A stretch of 64,000 nucleotides of DNA from a bacterium. GTDB taxonomy: Bacteria; Patescibacteriota; Minisyncoccia; Phycocordibacterales; UBA5272. Shown here piece after piece: positions 56,898 through 64,000 of this stretch (its first letter is position 1; each line of letters starts with the position of its first letter). The position numbers were made by a program, and so were the translations under genes. The notes beneath the pieces were generated by a model that ran no database searches, had not been told where the DNA came from, and saw nothing but the letters and a program-made list of their open reading frames with translations. The stretch is taken from the NCBI GenBank assembly GCA_043765155.1, contig JAYUJP010000027.1:1349-65348 (forward strand), written 5' to 3'.

Positions 56898-57542
56898 ATG
56901 AAAAATAAAGAAATAAATGAGATAGATATAGAAGATTTGGAAAGTCCAGAAGTAAATAGTGGAAGTTCAGCTGACGCTAATAGTAATAGCGATAGTGCAG
57001 AATCAGAATTTGTAGAGCTGGGTGATGATGGTGAGGAGTTGTCAGGAAAAGATGTGACAAAGAAATTAAGAGAGAGAATTAAAAAATTAGAAAGTGAAAA
57101 GCAGGACTATTTAAATAGTTGGCAGCGCGCTCTGGCTGATTATAAAAATAGGGAGATGCAGATTGAGAAAGAAAAGAAGGAGTGGGGGGGTTATGCTGTC
57201 AAAAGATTCACAGAAGAATTATTGGTAGTCATGGACACTTATGATGCTGCGAAAAGCAATAAGGCAGCCTGGGAGAAAGTTGATCAGAACTGGAGAGTAG
57301 GTATAGAATATATATTTATGACTTTTGAGAGTAAGCTAGCCGAGCAAGGTTTTGAAAAATTTGGAAAAGTTGGGGAGACCTATAATCCAGAACTTCATGA
57401 GGCATTAGCGACAGAAACTGCAACAGAAAATACAACAGCAAGTGAGAGCCAAAAATCAGACACAATTTCTCAAATAATAATGAGCGGTTATAATCATAAA
57501 GGTAAGCTATTCCGCGCTGCCAAGGTCAAGGTGTGGGGGTAA
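56898..57542 (+). CDS. grpE: Nucleotide exchange factor GrpE
   Basis: Coiled-coil N-terminus with ...QRALADYKNRE... (GrpE AE(F/Y)xNxRKR-like). C-terminal beta-domain. Confidence 0.75.
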   Translation: MKNKEINEIDIEDLESPEVNSGSSADANSNSDSAESEFVELGDDGEELSGKDVTKKLRERIKKLESEKQDYLNSWQRALADYKNREMQIEKEKKEWGGYAVKRFTEELLVVMDTYDAAKSNKAAWEKVDQNWRVGIEYIFMTFESKLAEQGFEKFGKVGETYNPELHEALATETATENTTASESQKSDTISQIIMSGYNHKGKLFRAAKVKVWG

Positions 57543-57638
57543 TCAAGAGGCAGAAAAAGCCTAAGCCCTACTTGCATTAAAAAATTATTTGTGGTACAAA
57601 TAATCTAGATGGTAAGATAAAAAAAACTTGATAAAATT

Positions 57639-57941
57639 ATGCAAATAACAATACAAAAAAAGTTTTTAATATTGTACGAAATAGCAGAAAATGTATATGC
57701 TATGTTTTTGGTTATAGTTAACTTTGTATTTGAATTTGCTAGTCAAAGTGTAGAAGTGGTAAAAAGAGAGTTTAATAATTTTGTAGAAAAAACACATAAT
57801 TTTATACGCGCGCTATTTGGATTTAATATTTATAAGCTAAAATCTATAAAAATAGAAACGAAAACAAATAGTAAAAATATTAGCTTTAAAAATAATGACT
57901 TTTTGATATATTCTAACCTGTTAGCCCCACCAGTCTTATAA
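57639..57941 (+). CDS. Hypothetical protein (possibly spurious)
   Basis: ORF track only, between grpE and dnaK. Confidence 0.2.
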   Translation: MQITIQKKFLILYEIAENVYAMFLVIVNFVFEFASQSVEVVKREFNNFVEKTHNFIRALFGFNIYKLKSIKIETKTNSKNISFKNNDFLIYSNLLAPPVL

Positions 57942-58112
57942 AATATAAAATTTATTAAAACACAATTTTTATATTCTGCGGAACCCGGCTAACGCCTCAA
58001 ACAGTCCTCAAAAATAAAAATAGTTTTTGTTAAATTTTACCTGTAACACTTTTAAAAATATAAAACTAACAACCCAGTAGGTGATTCTACTGAGTCAAAC
58101 AAAAACAAATAT

Positions 58113-60011
58113 ATGGCGAAAATAATAGGAATAGACTTGGGTACTACTAACTCAGCGGTTGCGATTATGGAGGGAGGTGTACCAAAAATTATCGAAAATC
58201 TAGAAGGTGCCCGCACTACACCATCAGTAGTGAGCGTATCTAAAAATGGAGACAGGACAGTAGGCGCTGTCGCAAAAAGACAGGCTGTGATGAATCCAAA
58301 AGATACAATATATGGAGTAAAGAGATATATGGGTCATGACTTTACAGACAAAGAAGTTGCTGATGACATTGGTAAGGTCTCATACGGAGTTAAGAAAAGC
58401 GAGACTGGCGGAGTGCTGGTAAATATCGGAGGCAAAGATATGCGACCTGAAGAAATATCAGCAATGATATTACAAAAGATAAAAGCTGATGTCGAAGCTA
58501 AGACTGGTGAGAAAATAACTGAGGCGGTTATCACTGTGCCTGCTTATTTTAATGACGCGCAAAGGCAAGCAACCAAGGACGCAGGAGCAATTGCTGGCCT
58601 AGACGTAAAACGTATTATCAATGAGCCGACAGCGGCAGCGCTCGCTTACGGTTTTGATAAAAAGACTAATGAAAAATTAGCGGTGTATGACTTTGGAGGG
58701 GGAACATTTGATATATCTATACTCGAAGTCGGTGATGGTGTTGTCGAGGTAAAGTCAACAGGAGGTGACTCACATCTTGGTGGACGTGATATTGATAATG
58801 AGATAGTTAGATATATCGCCGGAGAATTTAAAAAGGAGACTGGCCTAGATCTATCAAGTGACTCACTAGCTATGCAAAGACTAGACGAAGCCGCAGAAAA
58901 AGCTAAGCATGAATTATCAACCCAAGTTGAGAGTAAAATATTTTTACCTTATATCTCAGTCGGAGCTGAGGGTCCAAAGAATTTGGATGTTACGCTAACT
59001 CGCGCGCAACTAGAAAATATTGCGAGATCATTTGTCGAGAGGTCAATCAAGATAACAGAGCAGACCCTCAAAGATAGTGGATTTGCAAAGTCAGATATAT
59101 CAGAAATAATAATGGTAGGAGGACAGACAAGAATGCCGATGATAGTCGAAGCTGTCAAAAACTTATTTGGCAAGGAGCCAAATAGATCTGTGAACCCTGA
59201 TGAGGTGGTAGCGCTTGGCGCCGCTGTGCAGGCTGGTGTACTTCAAGGTGATGTAAAAGATCTGCTGCTACTAGACGTTATACCATTATCACTTGGTATT
59301 GAGACTATGGGCGGAGTACTGACTCACTTGGTCGAAAAGAATACAACAATACCAACACAAAGGTCACAGGTGTTCTCAACCGCTGCTGATAATCAGACTA
59401 GCGTCGAGATACATATAGCCCAAGGTGAGAGACCAATGGCAGCTGATAATAAGTCACTGGGCAGATTTATCCTAGATGGTATACCGCCATCACCAAGAGG
59501 AGTACCACAAGTTGAGGTGACTTTTGACGTGGACGCTAATGGTATACTTAATGTAAAAGCAAAGGATAAGACTAGCGGCAAAGAGCAATCTATAAGAATA
59601 GAAGCAAGCTCAGGACTAAGCAAAGAAGAGATAGCTAAAATGCAAGCCGATGCGGAGGCTAATGCCGGTGAAGATGCTAAGAAAAAGGAACTCGCCGAAG
59701 TTAAAAATCACGCAGACCAGACTATTGCTACCGCCGAAAAGTCACTCACTGATGCAGGTGATAAAGTTACCCCTGATCTTAAAAAAGAAATAATGGATAA
59801 GGTAGCTGATGTAAAATCTGCAAAAGATTCTAATGACTTAGAAAAATTAACCAAAGCAAATAGTGAGCTAAATACTGCGATGTATAAAATCGGTGAAGCT
59901 ATGAAAACTGGAAATGACGCAGCAGCTAGTCAAGAAGCGGGCCAAGAAAATAACCAAGACTCTTCTGAGCAAAACGAAAACAAAACAGAAGATGCTCCAG
60001 AAAATAAATAA
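58113..60011 (+). CDS. dnaK: Molecular chaperone DnaK (Hsp70)
   Basis: [18 protein letters not shown], and full-length Hsp70 architecture. Confidence 0.95.
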   Translation: MAKIIGIDLGTTNSAVAIMEGGVPKIIENLEGARTTPSVVSVSKNGDRTVGAVAKRQAVMNPKDTIYGVKRYMGHDFTDKEVADDIGKVSYGVKKSETGGVLVNIGGKDMRPEEISAMILQKIKADVEAKTGEKITEAVITVPAYFNDAQRQATKDAGAIAGLDVKRIINEPTAAALAYGFDKKTNEKLAVYDFGGGTFDISILEVGDGVVEVKSTGGDSHLGGRDIDNEIVRYIAGEFKKETGLDLSSDSLAMQRLDEAAEKAKHELSTQVESKIFLPYISVGAEGPKNLDVTLTRAQLENIARSFVERSIKITEQTLKDSGFAKSDISEIIMVGGQTRMPMIVEAVKNLFGKEPNRSVNPDEVVALGAAVQAGVLQGDVKDLLLLDVIPLSLGIETMGGVLTHLVEKNTTIPTQRSQVFSTAADNQTSVEIHIAQGERPMAADNKSLGRFILDGIPPSPRGVPQVEVTFDVDANGILNVKAKDKTSGKEQSIRIEASSGLSKEEIAKMQADAEANAGEDAKKKELAEVKNHADQTIATAEKSLTDAGDKVTPDLKKEIMDKVADVKSAKDSNDLEKLTKANSELNTAMYKIGEAMKTGNDAAASQEAGQENNQDSSEQNENKTEDAPENK

Positions 60012-60050
60012 CTATTAATTAAAAACTAAATTAATAAAAAGTATAAAATT

Positions 60051-62750
60051 ATGAATCCTTCATTTAATAACTTTACCACTAAATCAAAAGAAGCAATCAG
60101 AAGGGCGCATGAGCTAGCTGTTGAGGCTGGGCAGTCAAATGTTAGTCCTGTGCATATGATGGGGGCGTTACTTTCTGACGAAGAGAGTATTGTATACTCT
60201 ATACTTGAAAAGTTACAAATAGATACCATACTATTTTCAGATACAATATCAGAGGCGATACATGTGTCAGGTAGTGGTAGTACTATGGCGCCAAGTTATC
60301 AGATGTATCTGACGGCTGAGCTTGCTGGCGCCCTAGAAAAATGCGGACAAGTGGCGCAAATGCTACATGATGAATTCATAGCGCCTGAGCATATATTTAT
60401 ATCATTACTCGACGTAGCGGGTCAGCTACGTGAGATTATTAATAGGTTCAGAATTGACCGTGATCAGGTTACCCGCGTATTATCACAAGCCAGGACTCAG
60501 GTCTATACTCAAAATGGAGCTGCTAAGAAAAACAAAACCTTGCTCAAGTATACTAGGAGCTTTACTCAGATGGCGCGCGAGGACAAGCTTGATCCAGTTA
60601 TTGGCCGTGACACCGAGATAATGCGCTTGATGCAGATAATCTCAAGACGTAGCAAAAATAATCCGATACTAATCGGAGAGGCTGGTGTGGGTAAGACTGC
60701 GGTAGTGGAGGGGTTAGCTTCACGCATAGCCAAAGGGGATGTACCTGACTCACTCAAAGATAAGGAGTTAGTCTCACTCGACCTGGGTATGCTTATAGCG
60801 GGTACAAAGTATAGAGGAGAATTTGAAGAGAGGCTTAAGAACATTATGAAAGAGATAACCGAGAGTCAAGGTAAGATAATACTATTCATAGATGAGCTGC
60901 ATACCATAGTTGGAGCTGGCGCTGCTGAGGGGGCTGCTGATGCGGCTAATCTTCTCAAGCCTGCGCTCGCTCGTGGTGAGGTACGCGTAATAGGGGCGAC
61001 GACATTAAAAGAATATCAAAAGCATATAGAAAAAGATCCGGCATTATCAAGAAGATTCCAGCCGGTATATGTAGAGGAGCCGTCAACTGATGACGCTATA
61101 ACTATATTACGCGGCCTCAAAGAAAAATATGAAGTCTTTCATGGGGTGCGTATTACTGACGAGGCGATACTTGCAAGCGTTAACCTATCAAGTAGGTATA
61201 TAACTTCAAGATATTTACCAGACAAAGCTGTAGACCTTATTGATGAGGCTGCTTCATCACTACGTATATCACTTGAAAATAAACCTCAAGAATTAGATAT
61301 AGCTCATAGGAAAATTCAAAGATTAGAAATAGAAAGATCTGCTATGGATACAGAGCTAATATCTAGCGTAGCCACATCAGACATTAATATCAAAAACAAT
61401 CTTACCAAAAGATTAACAGAAATAGATATAGAAATAGCAGATATAAAAGATAGTATACGAGACCTAGAAGTTAGATACAATAATGAAAAGGACTTGGTTG
61501 CCAAAATGCGCGACTATAAGAAAACTCTTGAGTCGCTTCGCCTAGAAGCTGACAATGCGCAGTTAAGGTCAGACCTAGCAAAAGTGGCTGAGATCAGATA
61601 TGTGAATATACCAAAGCTAGAATTAGACTTGGCTGAAGTTAACACAAGACTTGAAAAACTTCAGAAAAATAGAAGAGTGTTAAAAGAAGAAATAACTGAA
61701 GAGGACATAGCCAAAGTTGTATCGGGCTGGACAGGTATACCATTGCATAAAATGATGGCTGAGGAAAAAGAAAAGTTAGCAAGTATGGAGTCTTACTTAA
61801 AAGAGAGGGTAATAGGTCAAGATGACGCTATCAAAAGAATCTCGGACGCAGTACGTAGGTCGAGAATTGGAATCTCAGATCCAAATAGACCAATAGGATC
61901 ATTCTTATTTTTAGGCCCAACAGGTGTGGGTAAGACTGAGCTGACCAAGGCGCTAGCTGAGTTTATGTTTAACGATGAGAAGGCTCTGATTAAAATAGAC
62001 ATGAGCGAGTATATGGAAAAGCATAGTAGTAGTAAGCTTATAGGGTCGCCAGCTGGATACGTAGGTTATGATGAGAGTGGTATGCTGACTGAGGCAGTGC
62101 GTCACAGGCCATACGCGGTGATACTGCTCGACGAAGTCGAGAAGGCGCATCCGGACGTGTTTAACCTTATGCTCCAAGTCTTGGACGAGGGTAAGCTAAC
62201 CGATAATAAGGGGCGCGTTGCTAACTTTAAAAATACTATTATTATAATGACTAGTAATATAGGTAGTAATCATATACAAAAGATGCAGAGCTATGGATTC
62301 TCATCGGGACTACCCGGCGATGAGTATGCAAATGTAAAAGAAAAAGTTCAGGACTCGCTCAAAGAATTCTTTCGTCCAGAATTTCTAAATAGGCTAGATG
62401 ATATTATTATTTTTGATATCTTATCAAAACAAAATATAGAAAAGATAGTAAGATTATCACTGATAGAAATAGAAAAGAGATTAGTAGAAAAAGATATAAA
62501 TCTAAACGTGAGTGATGAGGCAGTTACGCATATAGCCGAAAAGTCTTATGATCCAAAATATGGAGCAAGGCCAATACGCAGATATTTGCAGAGCAATATA
62601 CTTAACAAAGTCGCGAGCATGATGATAGACAAAGTCTTTGACAAAGGTGGAATGGTATCTGTAGATATTAAAAAGGGGGAATTGATAGTAGAGAGTAAAA
62701 AGAAAGTAAGATTAAGCCTAGACAAAGCATTACTTAATTCTTCTTTATAA
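60051..62750 (+). CDS. clpB: ATP-dependent chaperone ClpB
   Basis: Clp N-domain. Two AAA modules ([18 protein letters not shown]). Long coiled-coil middle domain. Confidence 0.9.
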   Translation: MNPSFNNFTTKSKEAIRRAHELAVEAGQSNVSPVHMMGALLSDEESIVYSILEKLQIDTILFSDTISEAIHVSGSGSTMAPSYQMYLTAELAGALEKCGQVAQMLHDEFIAPEHIFISLLDVAGQLREIINRFRIDRDQVTRVLSQARTQVYTQNGAAKKNKTLLKYTRSFTQMAREDKLDPVIGRDTEIMRLMQIISRRSKNNPILIGEAGVGKTAVVEGLASRIAKGDVPDSLKDKELVSLDLGMLIAGTKYRGEFEERLKNIMKEITESQGKIILFIDELHTIVGAGAAEGAADAANLLKPALARGEVRVIGATTLKEYQKHIEKDPALSRRFQPVYVEEPSTDDAITILRGLKEKYEVFHGVRITDEAILASVNLSSRYITSRYLPDKAVDLIDEAASSLRISLENKPQELDIAHRKIQRLEIERSAMDTELISSVATSDINIKNNLTKRLTEIDIEIADIKDSIRDLEVRYNNEKDLVAKMRDYKKTLESLRLEADNAQLRSDLAKVAEIRYVNIPKLELDLAEVNTRLEKLQKNRRVLKEEITEEDIAKVVSGWTGIPLHKMMAEEKEKLASMESYLKERVIGQDDAIKRISDAVRRSRIGISDPNRPIGSFLFLGPTGVGKTELTKALAEFMFNDEKALIKIDMSEYMEKHSSSKLIGSPAGYVGYDESGMLTEAVRHRPYAVILLDEVEKAHPDVFNLMLQVLDEGKLTDNKGRVANFKNTIIIMTSNIGSNHIQKMQSYGFSSGLPGDEYANVKEKVQDSLKEFFRPEFLNRLDDIIIFDILSKQNIEKIVRLSLIEIEKRLVEKDINLNVSDEAVTHIAEKSYDPKYGARPIRRYLQSNILNKVASMMIDKVFDKGGMVSVDIKKGELIVESKKKVRLSLDKALLNSSL

Positions 62751-62788
62751 GATTAAAAATAACTTTAAAGTTAGACAATAACTAAAAC

Positions 62789-62816
62789 AAAAGCGCCGGC
62801 GTAGCCGGCGCTTTTG
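62789..62816 (+). terminator. Rho-independent terminator of the GCGCCGGC-GTA-GCCGGCGC family
   Basis: AAAAGCGCCGGCGTAGCCGGCGCTTTTGTT. Confidence 0.75.
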
Positions 62817-62937
62817 TTGCGAGTAACTCAGAAATGTGATATAATAATTCTCCAGGAGAAGCCTAGCATTAAGACGGAGCTCATAGCTTACAAGCGAAAG
62901 ATGCAGACTTATTGGCAAAGCTTTTTCTGGAACTTTT

Positions 62938-63024
62938 GCGTCGGTGGTAGAGTGGTCAATTACAACAGACTGTAAATCTGTCGCGCTTCGCGCTTCGCTG
63001 GTTCAAATCCAGCCCGACGCACCA
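62938..63024 (+). tRNA. tRNA-Tyr (anticodon GTA), long variable arm, CCA encoded
   Basis: GCGTCGG acceptor. Anticodon stem-loop ACAGA-CTGTAAA-TCTGT. T-arm GCTGG-TTCAAAT-CCAGC. The hairpin AATACTCGC-TAA-GCGAGTATTTTT follows. Confidence 0.8.
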
Positions 63025-63065
63025 AAATAAAAATACTCGCTAAGCGAGTATTTTTGATTATAAAT

Positions 63066-63410
63066 CTATTTTTTAATATATAAATTAAATAGCTGATCTA
63101 TATTAGCGTCTGATGAAGCAATCAACTTAATCTTTTCTTTAAAAAATTTTCTAGCTTCAGCGTCTGATGTATAACCATATAAAAGAGCGGGAATTGCCTC
63201 TAGACTTATTAACACTTCTGGCTGTGTGTTTTTGACGGCAACGGTAACTAGTTCTGATGATTTTATAATATTCTCTATTGAGTGTGGGAGCTTAGATTCT
63301 GGGAATTGCCCACCAAACAAAACATATTCAATACTAGATTTTTTATTTTGTAGCTCTACTCCAAAATCCTGGATGACCTTAAATGCTTCAGCGAATAAAT
63401 CTTCTTTCAT
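63066..63410 (-). CDS. Hypothetical protein
   Basis: ORF track only. Confidence 0.35.
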   Translation of the reverse strand: MKEDLFAEAFKVIQDFGVELQNKKSSIEYVLFGGQFPESKLPHSIENIIKSSELVTVAVKNTQPEVLISLEAIPALLYGYTSDAEARKFFKEKIKLIASSDANIDQLFNLYIKK

Positions 63411-63411
63411 A

Positions 63412-63585
63412 TTATTTAAGTTTACAGTAAGATCTATGGCAGTGATATTGACCAGTAGTTAGTCCATGTTTTGAACATTTTTTTCTACAATAATGACCCC
63501 CATTTTGATCCAAGCCACCAGAATGGGCTGAAGCCAAGCTAAGAGTAAAGAGTGTTATTATTAATATTGATAAAGTTTTTTTCAT
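63412..63585 (-). CDS. Small secreted YHYH-motif protein (about 57 aa, not in the ORF track)
   Basis: The reverse strand encodes MKKTLSILIITLFTLSLASA-HSGGLDQNGGHYCRKKCSKHGLTTGQYHCHRSYCKLK. Signal peptide plus GGH..C...G.YHCH. Confidence 0.35.
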   Translation of the reverse strand: MKKTLSILIITLFTLSLASAHSGGLDQNGGHYCRKKCSKHGLTTGQYHCHRSYCKLK

Positions 63586-63663
63586 ATTTTAATATCCTGT
63601 TTGTTTGGCTACTTGTTATCTGTATATTATATTACCATAAAAATATTTTTGTGGCAAGTTAAG

Positions 63664-64000
63664 CTACAACTTCATATTTGGCTCTGCCCTTATGCTTTCT
63701 ATATTTTTAGCTTGCTCATTTTTGTGATTTTTAAGATCTGGATACATGGGAGCATGTCCAGCTTGCACCTTTGCAAAAGCTATAGCCGCTATCATGAGTG
63801 CATTGTCAGTACTATTTTTCTTGTCACCTAGATAAATATCAACACTGTCAGTCTCGCATATTTTAGAGAGAGAGTTTCTTATATTATTATTAGCGCTGAC
63901 GCCGCCGCCGACTATTAAGGAGGCGGCGTTATAGAGATACATAGCTTCACGAGTCTTTTTACTCAAGACATCAGTAACGGCATTCTCAAACTCCATACAA
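63664..64000 (-). CDS. tsaD: tRNA N6-adenosine threonylcarbamoyltransferase TsaD, C-terminal part. The N-terminus lies beyond the window end.
   Basis: LIVGGGVSANNNIRNSL...DNALMIAAIAF matches the TsaD/Kae1 C-terminal region. Confidence 0.65.
   Translation of the reverse strand, partial: CMEFENAVTDVLSKKTREAMYLYNAASLIVGGGVSANNNIRNSLSKICETDSVDIYLGDKKNSTDNALMIAAIAFAKVQAGHAPMYPDLKNHKNEQAKNIESIRAEPNMKL

Noticed and set aside
57960-58020. GC-rich about 30-nt patch (GCGGAACCCGGCTAACGCCTCAAACAGTCCTC) about 100 nt upstream of dnaK
   Set aside because: No inverted repeat, hairpin or second copy was found. It could be a protein-binding site but nothing in the sequence supports a specific call.
1-64000. 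Alternative genetic code (UGA-recoding SR1/Gracilibacteria type)
   Set aside because: The very long standard-code ORFs (2852, 899, 843 aa) are uninterrupted, and conserved proteins align end-to-end with stops in place. Code 11 fits.
1-64000. CRISPR array, rRNA genes, transposase/IS elements, integrase
   Set aside because: No array of regularly spaced repeats, no rRNA-like conserved stretches, and no transposase or integrase ORF were seen. Mobile-element evidence is indirect only (att-like tRNA repeats, direct repeats, GC islands).

Overview
The window is AT-rich (roughly 30% GC), gene-dense bacterial DNA read with the standard genetic code. Long ORFs, including one of 2852 aa, are intact, so a UGA-recoded code can be excluded. 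Native genes almost never carry a Shine-Dalgarno; leaders are short and A-rich, with a recurring aTGATATAAT extended -10. The gene content is a short trigger factor, many secreted peptidoglycan-binding-domain proteins, lamin-tail-domain and PKD proteins, a giant surface protein and a VirD4-like ATPase. By inference only, this fits a reduced-genome, possibly episymbiotic lineage such as Patescibacteria/CPR.

Housekeeping genes present: tig, ppa, nusA, pth, infC, metG, msrAB, a DEAD-box helicase, rpsF-ssb-rpsR, ndk, secY, rmuC, rplU, grpE, dnaK, clpB, and the C-terminal part of tsaD. There are five tRNAs: Leu-GAG, His-GTG with an encoded G-1, Ile-GAT, Leu-TAG and Tyr-GTA.

Accessory content:
- A cell-surface locus at 1-11.9 kb. 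It is dominated by an 8.6-kb gene for a glycine-rich repeat fibre protein that ends in a phage-tail-fibre-type intramolecular chaperone (Peptidase S74) domain with the S-x4-K autocleavage motif.
- A candidate periplasmic oxidative-stress module at 42.0-44.8 kb. It encodes a secreted protein that is about 20% methionine, a YozG-like regulator, a membrane protein, membrane-anchored MsrA-MsrB and a CC-motif membrane protein.
- Two short GC-rich islands (about 45-50% GC) at 21.6-21.97 kb and 56.46-56.80 kb. Each carries a Proteobacteria-style small lipoprotein gene with a strong Shine-Dalgarno and a classic terminator.
- A RelB/RelE-type toxin-antitoxin cassette bracketed by near-identical 54-bp direct repeats.
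- A tRNA-Leu locus with duplicated 5' and 3' tRNA fragments, which look like att-site scars.
- A G10 tract fused to a promoter -10 element.
- An alternative-oxidase-like di-iron protein next to ogt.
- A conserved palindrome-containing 5'UTR motif found four times, including in front of dnaK and ndk.
- Several candidate structured RNA elements.

All coordinates for non-ORF features were read off by eye and may be off by a few nucleotides.
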